Shown: positions 30,712 through 40,549 of the stretch, piece after piece | Numbering within the stretch: position 1 is the first letter of the stretch | How the letters are laid out: each line of letters begins with the position of its first letter | Assembly: GCA_040081625.1 (NCBI GenBank) | Contig: JBEBGD010000013.1 | Span: 20,390 to 84,389, forward strand | Direction: 5' to 3' | Length of the DNA stretch: 64,000 nt | From: Chthoniobacteraceae bacterium | GTDB lineage: Bacteria > Verrucomicrobiota > Verrucomicrobiia > Chthoniobacterales > Chthoniobacteraceae | The notes under the pieces: model-generated | Database searches by the model: none | What the model was told of the DNA's origin: nothing | What the model saw: the letters and a program-made list of their open reading frames with translations, nothing else | Program-made: the position numbers and the translations under genes

Positions 30712-31698
30712 TTAGCGCTGCACCCGGCCGCCATCCGCCCCGCCTGCCAGCGCCTCGACCTCGGCGAGCGAGAAAAGTGGGAGGTCGCCCGGGATCGTGT
30801 GGGCGAGCACCCCGGCGGCGACTGCGAAGTCGATCGCCACGTGTGGCGCGTCGCCGCGCAGCAGCGAGAAGATCAGCCCGCCGGTGAATGCATCGCCCGT
30901 GCCCACGCGATCGACGACCGTGATCTCGTGCCGGCGGCTTGCGTAAGTGTCCTCGCCCGCTCGCAGGAGCGCACCGAAGCGCGCGTGGCTCGCACTCGAC
31001 GATTGTCGCTGCGGGATCGCCACGGTGCCGAATCCAAACCGCTCCGCGAGCGCCGCAGCCACCGCTTCGTCGCCGTCCGCCTCGATATCGAAGACGGACA
31101 CGGCTTCGCTGATGCCGCAAACGCAGATGTCCACGTGCTCCATCAGCGGGGTGAGGACCATGCTGGCGCGAGCTGGCGACCAGAGCTTCGCGCGGTAGTT
31201 CATGTCGAAGCTCACCGTCAGTCCGAGCGACTTCGCACAGGCCGTCGCCGCCGCGAGCGTTTTCGCGCAGCCCGGTGAGAGCGCTGCCGTGATTCCCGAC
31301 CAGTGGAACCAATCCGCACCGTCGAAAATCGCCGGCCAATTGAACTCCGCCAGGTCCGCCTCGGCGATGGCGCTGCCTGCGCGGTCGTAGATCACCTTTC
31401 CCGGACGCTGACTGGCACCTTGCTCGAGGAAATAGACGCCGAGACGCTCGCCGCCGCGGATCACGTGCGCGGTATAGACGCCGCAGCGCTGGAGCTCATC
31501 GATCGCGCGCTGGCCGAGTTCGTGATCCGGCAGCTTCGTGATGAAGGACGCTGTCCCGCCGAGCTGCGCGATGGCGACAGCCACGTTCGCCTCCGCGCCG
31601 CCGAAGGTAACGTCCAGCGATGTCGCTTGCGCAAAGCGCTCGTAGCCCGGCGTGGTAAGCCGGAGCATGATCTCGCCGAAGGTGACGACGTGGGGCAT
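30712..31698 (-). CDS. kdgK: PfkB sugar kinase, 2-keto-3-deoxygluconate kinase-like
   Basis: FGEIMLRL, GGAEANVA, IYDRAGSA, SGIT, DMNYRAKLW, DRVGTGDAF. Confidence 0.8.
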   Translation of the reverse strand: MPHVVTFGEIMLRLTTPGYERFAQATSLDVTFGGAEANVAVAIAQLGGTASFITKLPDHELGQRAIDELQRCGVYTAHVIRGGERLGVYFLEQGASQRPGKVIYDRAGSAIAEADLAEFNWPAIFDGADWFHWSGITAALSPGCAKTLAAATACAKSLGLTVSFDMNYRAKLWSPARASMVLTPLMEHVDICVCGISEAVSVFDIEADGDEAVAAALAERFGFGTVAIPQRQSSSASHARFGALLRAGEDTYASRRHEITVVDRVGTGDAFTGGLIFSLLRGDAPHVAIDFAVAAGVLAHTIPGDLPLFSLAEVEALAGGADGGRVQR

Positions 31699-31899
31699 AG
31701 TGGTGGCTTAGCGGAAAGCAGTGTGGGGCGGGAAGCTGGAAATCAACGGGAGCGTCAGCTTTCCCGTTTGTTCCCACAGTCGCTTCTGGAGCTGCGCGAG
31801 TCGCGCGCGTCGCCGGTGTCGAGCTGGGACGACACGTCGTAACCGTCGATTGCGCGCGAGGCGGCTGCCCTGCACGGGGTCGCCGGGCGGCGGTGACGC

Positions 31900-32460
31900 T
31901 CAGCGCAAATAGACCGGAGCCATGTCGCGCGAGACTTTCACTTCGCGCAGCACGCGGCCATTGCGGTCGGTCACGATCCAGCGGTCGCCGATCTCTCCAT
32001 TGGCGGTGTAGGTGCTCCCGGGATCGAGTTGGGCCTTCCACTGCCAGGAAGCCCATCGGTCGAGTTCATACACGTAGATGGCGCGCCCGTAGCCATTCTG
32101 GAATCGCAGCGGCGTGCCGCGGGCGACCTGCGCCGGAGGGTTGTAGGTGCGGCCGGCGACGAGGAAATTGAATACGCCGCCGTCCTCCTTGCGCCCGGTC
32201 AGCTTGTTTCCATTGGGTCCGATGTATTCGACGACGAGATAATTCGGGCGACCGGGATTCGGGTCGATGCCGAAGCTGGCGACGTGAACGCGGAAGGAAT
32301 ACGCGCCCGCATCGACCTTGGCCTGCACGAGTTTGCGCACATCCACGGTCCGCCCCGGCTTTGGCAGTCCGTAATGGGCGCTGATGATCTTGACCTGCGC
32401 CTGCGCGCTGGTGGCGGCGATGCAGGCGAGGGTGAGGGCGAGTAGGAGACGTGTCTTCAT
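31900..32460 (-). CDS. Secreted two-domain hypothetical protein (SUEL/DUF3395-like + VHL-beta-like)
   Basis: Signal peptide; IISAHYG...FGIDPNPGRPNYLVVEY; LRFQN...LDPG...WIVTD. Confidence 0.7.
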   Translation of the reverse strand: MKTRLLLALTLACIAATSAQAQVKIISAHYGLPKPGRTVDVRKLVQAKVDAGAYSFRVHVASFGIDPNPGRPNYLVVEYIGPNGNKLTGRKEDGGVFNFLVAGRTYNPPAQVARGTPLRFQNGYGRAIYVYELDRWASWQWKAQLDPGSTYTANGEIGDRWIVTDRNGRVLREVKVSRDMAPVYLR

Positions 32461-32497
32461 GGTAAGTGGCGGGATTGTTGTGAGCGGGTCCGACGGG

Positions 32498-33820
32498 TTA
32501 CTTCACGCGCACATTCATGCGCATAAAAGCGGGCACGTCGAGGTCCTGGCCATCGACGATCGTCGGCTCGCTCTTCTCGAAGCGCCCGCGGTTTACCGGT
32601 TCGAAAGTCATCTGCTCCTGCTTTTCCTCCCGCGCGGTCTTCGGCTTCGGCGCGGCCTTGGGTGGACGTGCCGGGCGCGCCTCGGCGGCGGGCGCGAGTG
32701 GCTCGGCGTCTGCCGCGATGAGAGGCGCAGGCGCAGGAACGGGTGCCTCGACCGGCGCGGGCGGCGCGACGATCGCCGTGTGTTCGGGCATCGGTGCCAT
32801 CACCGGCGGAGGCAGCACCATGGCCGGCCGGGCCTGTGCTTCGACCACCCGCTCCAGCCCGCCCAGCGCACCCATGATCGACACGGACATCTTCCCGCCA
32901 AGCCGCGGATCTACGGCGGTGCTGAAGAGCAATCGCGTCGTGTCGTTGATGTGCCGGTTCAATTCCTCCATCAGCATGGTCACCTCGTTCAGCGTCATCG
33001 TCGGCCCGCCGGCGACGTGGACGAGGATGCTCTGCACGTCGGAGAGCAGCCGGCCGCGATCCATGAGCGGGCTGCGCAGCGCGCGCTCGATCGCCACGTG
33101 GGCGCGGTTGTCGCCGTCGGCTTCGCCATAGCCGAAGAGGCTGCGCGGATTTTGCGCGCGCAGCGCCGCGGCGATCTCGGCGAAGCCCGCGTGGATCAAA
33201 CCGCGCCGCTGGAGGATCGAAGCAATCGCCCGGACGCTCTGGCTGATGACCTGATCGGCGGCCGCGAACGGTTCCTCGATTCCCGCGCGCGGACTCGCGC
33301 CGTCGGCCATCCGGTCGTTCTCGAAACAGATGACGACGTCGGCCTGCTGCCGGAGCGACGCGAGCGCTTCCTCCGCCTGCGCCATGCGGCGCTGCCGCTC
33401 GAAGGCGAAGGGGAGCGTGACAAAGGCGATGACCAGCGCGTGTTCCTGGCGCGCGAAGTTCGCGATGAGCGGCGCCGCGCCCGAAGCCGTGCCGCCTCCA
33501 AGCCCGGCGCACAGGAAGACGAGATCCGCGCCGTCGAGTGCGGCCTTGATTTCATCCGCCGCCTCCTCCGCCGCGGCGTAGCCCAGCTCCGGATCGCCGC
33601 CCGTGCCGAGGCCGCGCGTCGTCTCGATCCCGAGCTGCACTTTCAGCGGAGCGACGTTTGCGACGAGCGAGCGCGCGTCGGTGTTCATCGCGATGAGCTC
33701 GGCGGTGTCGAAGCCGTCGAGCCGGATGCGGTCCAGCGCGTTTGCGCCGCCGTTGCCGAGGCCGATGACTTTGATGGTCAGCTCAGGAGTCGAGGGTTGG
33801 GTGCGTGGCAGTGCGATCAT
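32498..33820 (-). CDS. ftsZ: Cell division protein FtsZ (divergent)
   Basis: IKVIGLG, NTD, GLGTGGDPELG, GLGGGTASG, PFAFE, C-terminal DLDVPAFMR; follows ftsA. Confidence 0.93.
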   Translation of the reverse strand: MIALPRTQPSTPELTIKVIGLGNGGANALDRIRLDGFDTAELIAMNTDARSLVANVAPLKVQLGIETTRGLGTGGDPELGYAAAEEAADEIKAALDGADLVFLCAGLGGGTASGAAPLIANFARQEHALVIAFVTLPFAFERQRRMAQAEEALASLRQQADVVICFENDRMADGASPRAGIEEPFAAADQVISQSVRAIASILQRRGLIHAGFAEIAAALRAQNPRSLFGYGEADGDNRAHVAIERALRSPLMDRGRLLSDVQSILVHVAGGPTMTLNEVTMLMEELNRHINDTTRLLFSTAVDPRLGGKMSVSIMGALGGLERVVEAQARPAMVLPPPVMAPMPEHTAIVAPPAPVEAPVPAPAPLIAADAEPLAPAAEARPARPPKAAPKPKTAREEKQEQMTFEPVNRGRFEKSEPTIVDGQDLDVPAFMRMNVRVK

Positions 33821-33833
33821 GGTGGGTTTGGAG

Positions 33834-35057
33834 CTAGAGCAGGTTGTTGAGGAAGGGAATGCGGCGGGCGATCCGGCGGAACAGGTTGGGCCGCCGCAGG
33901 CCCACGGTCATGGCGTGCGCGTATTTCACGACGCCGATCGCGCAGGAATACTGCGGGTTTTCAAATGCGCTGGTCGGGCCGGACATCGCGCCCTTCACAC
34001 ACGTCACATGGACGGGTTGGCCGAAGACGTCCTCGGCCAGCTCATTGATGCCCTTGAGCATCGAACTGCCGCCGGTGAGCTGCACGCCCGCTCCGAGGAA
34101 ATCCAGCCGCGCGCCGCTCGCGTCGAGCTGCTTCTTCACGAGCTCGAAGGTCTCGCGCACCCGGCAGTGAATGATCGTGTTGAGCATCTCGCGCTCGATC
34201 TCCTTGCCCGCAAAGCCCGTCTCGTCCTTGAGCAGGATGCGCTCGCCCGGCGTCGAATGGCCGAGCCGCACGCTGCCCTCGTCGATCTTGAGCCGCTCCG
34301 CGCGCGCCATCGGGATGCGCAGGCCGAGCGAGAGATCGTTGGTGACGTGGTCGCCGCCGAGGTCCAGGCAGCCGCTGTGCTTCACGCCGCCGTCCGCATA
34401 CATCACGTAGCCGGTCGTGCCCGCGCCGATGTCGATGACGAGCGCGCCCTGGTTTTTCTGGTCCGAATCGAGCACGACTTGCGCGCTGGCCAGCGGGCCG
34501 AAGACGACGTCCTCGACATCGATGTCGAGTTCCTTCACGCACCGGATGCTGTTTTTGATCCGGTTGCCGACTCCGTGGACGATGTGAAAATCGGCCTCGA
34601 GCTTGCGGCCCATCATGCCGATCGGGTTGAGCACACCGTCCTGCCCATCGACATAATAGTGCTGGAGGATCGAGTGCAGGAATTGATTCGGCGCGGGGAT
34701 GCTCACCTCGCGCGCGGCGGTCTGCACTTCCACGAAATCCTCGTCGCAAATCTCGTCGCGATCCTCGGGGATGATGATCATGCCTCGGTTGTTGAAGCTC
34801 TCGATGTGGCCGCCGGTGACCGCGAGGTAAACACTCCCGATCATCACATCGCTTTTCTCCTCCGCATCGGCGAGCGCTTCGCGCACGCATTTGCCCGCGG
34901 TTTCAAAATCCACGATGCCGCTCTTGCGCACACCGCGTGATGGCGCCTGGCCGACGCCGTTGATTTTGATGGTGCCATCGGGCCGCCCCTCGGCGACGAC
35001 GGCGCACACTTTTGAAGTGCCAATTTCGAGACCGACGATGAAATCTTCGGAGGACAT
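33834..35057 (-). CDS. ftsA: Cell division protein FtsA
   Basis: GLEIGTSKV, IDIGAGTT, GGDHVTND, LTGGSS; amphipathic C-terminus. Confidence 0.95.
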   Translation of the reverse strand: MSSEDFIVGLEIGTSKVCAVVAEGRPDGTIKINGVGQAPSRGVRKSGIVDFETAGKCVREALADAEEKSDVMIGSVYLAVTGGHIESFNNRGMIIIPEDRDEICDEDFVEVQTAAREVSIPAPNQFLHSILQHYYVDGQDGVLNPIGMMGRKLEADFHIVHGVGNRIKNSIRCVKELDIDVEDVVFGPLASAQVVLDSDQKNQGALVIDIGAGTTGYVMYADGGVKHSGCLDLGGDHVTNDLSLGLRIPMARAERLKIDEGSVRLGHSTPGERILLKDETGFAGKEIEREMLNTIIHCRVRETFELVKKQLDASGARLDFLGAGVQLTGGSSMLKGINELAEDVFGQPVHVTCVKGAMSGPTSAFENPQYSCAIGVVKYAHAMTVGLRRPNLFRRIARRIPFLNNLL

Positions 35058-36151
35058 TATGAGCGGAATGGTTTGCGGACTGTGGGTGTGGATTTGGTGC
35101 GGGAATTGGAGCGGCTGTCACTCTTCGTTTTCGTCGCGGCGGGCGTCGGTGTCGGCACCGCCACGGCGCGTGGAGCCACCGCGACGGCGACCTTCACCGG
35201 CATCGGCGTGGACTTCGCCTTTGGCTTGTCCTGAGCGGGCGGAGACGGCGGCGCCGGTGTGGGGGCAGGATCGTCTTCCTCAGGCTTGTGAAAGGTCACC
35301 GGCGTATTCTTTCGCACGAGCAGGTTCACGGTCAGGAGTTCCTTTTTTTCGGCATCGGCACGATCGAGGTATCGGAACAGCCGGTCGAGTTGCTGTTCGA
35401 TCCCGTCGAGGCCGAACGTGACCTTCGCGTGGTTCTGGTCCGTCACGATCAGGCAGTAGCCCTTGGAGAGATCGATGTTCCGCGCCTGCCAGCGCGTGTT
35501 CGCCGCGTCGAGTCTCACGAGCTCGAGCGCCGACTGCATCTCTACGGTCGCGACGCGCTGGCCGGACACAAAATCGCCGACCGGCACCCCGCTGATGTGC
35601 GGAAGGTGGTAGTATTCCTCGATCATCCTCTTGGTTCTCATCACCACGCCTCGCGCATCGATCAGCCACGACTTCCCGCTCGCCGTCGGGATTTCATCCG
35701 CGCGCTCGGTGACCCACGCGATCGGGCGCCGCTCCGTGACGACGATGTCGAGCCGGTTCGGGCGGATGATCTGAATCTCAGCGCGCTCGACTTGCGGCAG
35801 CTTGTCTATGCCTTCGCGAATCGGCTCGGTCTTCACCCGGAAAATGTTCACGCCAGCGCGCACGCCGCCCGCGAGGATGATCTGGTCGCGCTGGAGTGCG
35901 CCGTCGGTCGAGACGCGAATGTCGGTCAGCGCATACTCGGGATTCTCGAGGAGAAAGCGCCGCAGCAACTCATTCCCGCCGAGCCACACGCCGGTCGCAA
36001 TCCCCGCGTAAAACAGAGTCTTGCACACGCACATCGCGATGAAGCGATTGCGCATCGTGCGCGCCTTGTCGGCGCGGGCGCTGACTTCGAGAAGGTGCTG
36101 ATGCTTGCGCACTTTGCGGGTGGAGAGGCGTTGGTTGCGGACTTTGCTCAT
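35057..36151 (-). CDS. ftsQ: Cell division protein FtsQ/DivIB
   Basis: TM + POTRA-like (LPQVERAEI..PN.L.I.VTERRPIAW, LIDARG); position between ddl and ftsA. Confidence 0.85.
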   Translation of the reverse strand: MSKVRNQRLSTRKVRKHQHLLEVSARADKARTMRNRFIAMCVCKTLFYAGIATGVWLGGNELLRRFLLENPEYALTDIRVSTDGALQRDQIILAGGVRAGVNIFRVKTEPIREGIDKLPQVERAEIQIIRPNRLDIVVTERRPIAWVTERADEIPTASGKSWLIDARGVVMRTKRMIEEYYHLPHISGVPVGDFVSGQRVATVEMQSALELVRLDAANTRWQARNIDLSKGYCLIVTDQNHAKVTFGLDGIEQQLDRLFRYLDRADAEKKELLTVNLLVRKNTPVTFHKPEEDDPAPTPAPPSPPAQDKPKAKSTPMPVKVAVAVAPRAVAVPTPTPAATKTKSDSRSNSRTKSTPTVRKPFRS

Positions 36152-37104
36152 GGTCGTGGTGCGGATCGGGCGAGTGAGAGGTCAAGGATGCGGCGGCAAA
36201 GCTCGGGATACGAAATGCCCGCAGCCTTCGCGGCCTCGGGCAGCAGACTCACCGGCGTCATGCCGGGGATCGTGTTGATCTCGATCACCAGCGGCGCGCC
36301 ATCCGCGGTGAGCAGCACATCGACACGGGAATAGACCTCGAGATCCAGCGCGCGATGCGCCGCAAGCGCGACGGCCTGCACGCGCTGTGTCAGCTCATGG
36401 GAAAGCGGCGCGGGGCAGAAGTGATCGGCCCCCGCGGCCTGCGGGGAGAGAAAGCTGTATTTGTTCGCGAAGTCGTAGAACTCGCCCGCGTTCTTCGGCC
36501 GGATCTCGATCACCGGCAGCGCTTCGCCGCCGACGATGCCGACCGTCAGCTCGCGTCCCTCGACGAATTCCTCGACGAGCAACTCCACTCCAAATTTCGC
36601 CGCGCCCGCGAGTGACGCATCGAGCTTCGCCGGGTCGCGCACGATGAAAACGCCTACGCTCGATCCTTCGCACGGAGCCTTGATCACCAGCGGCACCGGC
36701 ATCGTCGGGCGCGCGCCCGAGGCGATCACCTCGAAGGCCGGCGTCGGCACGCCACGCTCGATGAACCGGCGCTTGCTCGCGATCTTGTCGATCGCCAGCT
36801 CGCTGCCCGCGACGCCTTCCCCCGTGTAATAAATCCCGCGCGATTCCAGCACACGCTGGAGTTTTCCGTCTTCGCCAAACGTGCCGTGAATCGTGTTGAA
36901 CGCAATCGCGGTGCCCGGTGGCAGCGCGAAGTTTTCGTCGTCCACGACTACCGGCACCGCGTCCGCGCCGAGCGAACGCAATGCATCGACGACGCCTTCG
37001 CCGGACTTGAGTGAAACGGCGCGTTCCGAGCCGGGTCCGCCCATGAGGACGGCGACTGATTTGCCAGTGAGATCGAGAGCCATGTGGGTGTCAGGTATTT
37101 TCAT
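36148..37104 (-). CDS. ddl: D-alanine-D-alanine ligase
   Basis: GGPGSERAVSLKSG, HGTFGEDG, GSSVG, YDF..KY, EINTIPGMT; start ambiguous (37083/37104/37164). Confidence 0.95.
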   Translation of the reverse strand: MKIPDTHMALDLTGKSVAVLMGGPGSERAVSLKSGEGVVDALRSLGADAVPVVVDDENFALPPGTAIAFNTIHGTFGEDGKLQRVLESRGIYYTGEGVAGSELAIDKIASKRRFIERGVPTPAFEVIASGARPTMPVPLVIKAPCEGSSVGVFIVRDPAKLDASLAGAAKFGVELLVEEFVEGRELTVGIVGGEALPVIEIRPKNAGEFYDFANKYSFLSPQAAGADHFCPAPLSHELTQRVQAVALAAHRALDLEVYSRVDVLLTADGAPLVIEINTIPGMTPVSLLPEAAKAAGISYPELCRRILDLSLARSAPRP

Positions 37105-37156
37105 CGCCCTGGATACGAGCGACGCGACGCGATCTTTCACTAAAAGTGCGCGGCGG

Positions 37157-39460
37157 TCACTCATGCAGTCCTCTTTCCTCGCCGATAATTTGCACTTCGG
37201 TCTCGAGCCGGATGCCGCGCTGCGCGAGCGCCGTGGCCTTGATGCGATCGATCAGCGCGAGCACATCCGCGGCGGTCCCGTGCTGGTCGTTCACGATGAA
37301 ATTTCCGTGAACCTCGCTGACTTTCACGCCGCCCACGCGCGTGCCCTTGAGAGCGAGCTCGTCGATGAGCCTGCCCGCCGGGCAAGCCTCCGGGTTTTTG
37401 AAAATGCAGCCCGCGCTCGACTCCCTCGGCTGAGATGTGCGGCGCTTTTGCATCGATTCCGCGAGCTTGCGCTCGATCTCCTCCGCCGTGCCCGGCGTGC
37501 CGGCGAACGTCGCCGAGATCGCGTAGGTTTCCTCCAGCGTGCCGCAGTGCCGGTAGCGCACATCCATCTCCGTCGGCGTCTTCATGTGAAAATCACCGTG
37601 CGCGTCGATGAAGCGCACGCTCACGACCTGCCGGAATGTTTCGCCGCCCATCGCGCCGGCATTCATCCGCAGCGCACCACCGACATCGCCGGGGATTCCC
37701 TCGAACCACTCGAAGCCACCGAGCTGCGCGTCGCGCGCCGCGTAGGCGAGTTCCTTTTGCTTCACTCCCGCGCCGGCGGTGATGTGTCCGTCGCGCACCT
37801 CGATTTTTTTGAATTCACCGCGAGCCAGATGCACGACCACGCCGCGAATGCCGCCGTCGCGCACGAGCAGGTTCGACCCCCGGCCGATGATGAAAAGCGG
37901 AATGCCACGCAAGTTGGTGAACTTCACGAGCCGCGCGAAACCTTCCTCCGTCTCCGGCTCCGCCCAAAACTGCGCCGGGCCGCCGACTCGCATCGTCGTG
38001 TGCTTCGCGAGCGGTTCGTAGAGCTTCACGACGCCGGAGCCCATCGCGGACTGTAGTTCATCGAGCAGCGTCGCGTCAGTCGCGAGCGCGGTGCCCGCTT
38101 CGTGGATGTTGCCGGCGCCGAGGCTGATCACGCAATCACCCGGCTCAAGCCGCCGCCCGAGATCGAGCGCGATCTTTTTCCGGTCGGGCTGAAAGCTGAT
38201 GTCCTCGTGGCCTTCGCGCACGGCTTCATCGACGATCGTCTGCCCGCTCACTCCGGGAATTGGCGGTTCGCTCGCTGGATAGACGTCGGCCACGACAACA
38301 ATGTCCGCGTCGTGGAAGGCGCGACCGAACTCCTCCTTCAGCTTCAGCGTGCGCGTGTAGCGGTGCGGCTGGAACATGCAGAGCACGCGACGGCGGCCGG
38401 TGTTTTTTGCCGTGGCAAGCGTCGCGCGGATTTCGCTCGGATGATGGGCGTAGTCGTCCACGAACATGAATCGCTCGCTGCGGTATTTGATCTCGAAGCG
38501 CCGCCGTGCGCCGCGGAATGACTCGAGCGCCCCGGCGATTTTTGCAAACTCCACGCCGAGCTCGGTCGCGAGCGCCACGACGGCGAGCGCGTTGCTCACG
38601 TTGTGGCGACCCGGAACATTCAGCGTGATCGCGCCAAGCGGCTCGCCGTCGCGCAGCACGCGAAAGCTCGACTGAAAATCCTTCGCGTGCAGATCGTCGA
38701 AGCGATACCGCGCCGCGTGGCTTTCGCCGTAGCCGATCGCGCCGGGATGCGAGGCACATACGCGCACCGCACCTTCGTCGTCGGCGCAATAGATGACCAT
38801 GCCGCGCGTCTGCGAGCAGAGCTGGCGATAGACCGCGTCGATCGCGTCGAGGTTCTCGTAGTAGTCGAGATGCTCCTCTTCGATGTTCAAGACGATCGCA
38901 TGCTCGGGGCGATACAGCGCCAGCGTCCCATCGCTCTCATCGCCCTCAGCCACGAGGTATTCGCCCTCGGGATCCCACAGCGCGTTCGTCCCGAGGATCG
39001 GAATCTCTGCGCCGACATAGTGCGACGGATGCAGTCCGCCCGCGCGGAGCACGTGTGCGCTCATCGCGGAGGTTGTCGTCTTCCCGTGCATCCCGCAGAC
39101 CACGATGCCCTTCTTCGCAGCCATCACCGCCGCGAGCGCGTCGGCGCGGCGCGCGAGGCTGCGCCCGGTGCGCAGCGCCTCGTCGTATTCCACGTTCCCA
39201 GGCCGGATCGCCGACGAAAAGATGACGAGGCCCGCGTCGGCCACGTTTTCGGCGTCGTGCCCGTGGTGAAATCGCAATCCGAGTGATTGGAGCCGCGCGG
39301 TCTCGACCGTGCCCACCCGGTCCGAGCCGCTGACCTGGTGCCCGAGCGCGAGCAACATCCCGGCGATCCCGCTCATACCCGAGCCGGCGACGCCGATGAG
39401 GTGAATCTTTTGTTCACCTGCCACCAGGATGTCCGCGAGGATTTGTCCGGTGTCCTTCAT
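37157..39460 (-). CDS. murC: Fused MurC-MurB
   Basis: MurC: GVAGSGMS, GMHGKTT, DESDG, DDYAHHP, FQPHRY; MurB: HTTMRVGGPA, GRGSN, MNAGA, SAGCIFKNP, HGNFIVN. Confidence 0.95.
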   Translation of the reverse strand: MKDTGQILADILVAGEQKIHLIGVAGSGMSGIAGMLLALGHQVSGSDRVGTVETARLQSLGLRFHHGHDAENVADAGLVIFSSAIRPGNVEYDEALRTGRSLARRADALAAVMAAKKGIVVCGMHGKTTTSAMSAHVLRAGGLHPSHYVGAEIPILGTNALWDPEGEYLVAEGDESDGTLALYRPEHAIVLNIEEEHLDYYENLDAIDAVYRQLCSQTRGMVIYCADDEGAVRVCASHPGAIGYGESHAARYRFDDLHAKDFQSSFRVLRDGEPLGAITLNVPGRHNVSNALAVVALATELGVEFAKIAGALESFRGARRRFEIKYRSERFMFVDDYAHHPSEIRATLATAKNTGRRRVLCMFQPHRYTRTLKLKEEFGRAFHDADIVVVADVYPASEPPIPGVSGQTIVDEAVREGHEDISFQPDRKKIALDLGRRLEPGDCVISLGAGNIHEAGTALATDATLLDELQSAMGSGVVKLYEPLAKHTTMRVGGPAQFWAEPETEEGFARLVKFTNLRGIPLFIIGRGSNLLVRDGGIRGVVVHLARGEFKKIEVRDGHITAGAGVKQKELAYAARDAQLGGFEWFEGIPGDVGGALRMNAGAMGGETFRQVVSVRFIDAHGDFHMKTPTEMDVRYRHCGTLEETYAISATFAGTPGTAEEIERKLAESMQKRRTSQPRESSAGCIFKNPEACPAGRLIDELALKGTRVGGVKVSEVHGNFIVNDQHGTAADVLALIDRIKATALAQRGIRLETEVQIIGEERGLHE

Positions 39461-40542
39461 GGGTCGGCGCGGGAAAGGATGACCTCGGCCACGCGCTCCG
39501 CCGCATCACGCGGCGCAAGCGCTGCTGCGCGCGCGGACATCTCCGCCAGTCGTGACGGATCATCGAGCAACGAGCGGATTCTCTGCGCGAGCGTATCGGC
39601 GGATGTCTCCCTCTCGGGCAGCATCACCGCCGCGGCAGCCCGCTCGAAGATTCGCGCGTTAGCCGTCTGGTGATCCTCCGCCGCAAACGGATACGGGATG
39701 AGGATCGATGGCAGTGCGTAGTGCGAAAGCTCCGTGAGACTCGCCGCGCCGCTGCGCGCGATTGCAAAATCCGCGACGCTGTAAGCGCGCTCCATCTCGC
39801 GAAAGAATGCCGCGACGAATGCGGGGATGCCGGCAGTTGCGTAGGCGTCGCGCATCATCGCTTCGTCCCGCTGCCCGGCGAGGTGGATCACTTGCAGGTT
39901 TGCCCCGCGGAGCGCCGGCAGCGCGCCGGCCAGCGCGACATTGATCCCGTGCGCACCCTGGCTTCCACCCATCACGAGCAGCGTCTTCCGCGCAGGATCG
40001 AAGCCGAATGAGGCACACGCCTCGCCGCGATCGATGCGCCGGAGTGAACCGCGCACCGGCGTGCCCGTGGCGATCGAGTCCGCTCCCGCAAAGTGTTGCG
40101 CGCACTCCGCGAAGCCGAGCAGCACCGCGCTGCAAAAACGAGCGTTGAGCTTGTTCGACTTGCCGGGAATCGCGTTCGACTCGTGGACGAAGGTCGGCAC
40201 CTTGCGCTTCCGCCCCGCGAGGATCGGCGCGAGCGATGTGAAGCCGCCCATGCCGAGCACCGCACGCGGATTGAATGCTGCGAAGAGGGCGCGGCACTGC
40301 CGGAGGCCGGCGTAGAATTTCAGCGCGAACTTCAGCAGAGCCACGGGCGACTTCCCCTGCAGACCCACGCCCGCCACCCTCTCGACGCGAAACTCCGCGC
40401 GCCCTTGCGTCGCGATCGAATCGATTTCCTTTTCCGAGACGATGAGCATGACGTCGTGACCGCGCGCCCGCAGCACCTCACCCACGGCAAGGCCGGGAAA
40501 CAAGTGTCCGCCAGTTCCTCCAGCTGCGATCGCGAAGTTCAT
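39457..40542 (-). CDS. murG: MurG GlcNAc transferase
   Basis: GGTGGHLFP, HESN, GGSQGA, RSGA, HQTANA. Confidence 0.96.
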   Translation of the reverse strand: MNFAIAAGGTGGHLFPGLAVGEVLRARGHDVMLIVSEKEIDSIATQGRAEFRVERVAGVGLQGKSPVALLKFALKFYAGLRQCRALFAAFNPRAVLGMGGFTSLAPILAGRKRKVPTFVHESNAIPGKSNKLNARFCSAVLLGFAECAQHFAGADSIATGTPVRGSLRRIDRGEACASFGFDPARKTLLVMGGSQGAHGINVALAGALPALRGANLQVIHLAGQRDEAMMRDAYATAGIPAFVAAFFREMERAYSVADFAIARSGAASLTELSHYALPSILIPYPFAAEDHQTANARIFERAAAAVMLPERETSADTLAQRIRSLLDDPSRLAEMSARAAALAPRDAAERVAEVILSRADP

Positions 40543-40549
40543 CGTGCTC

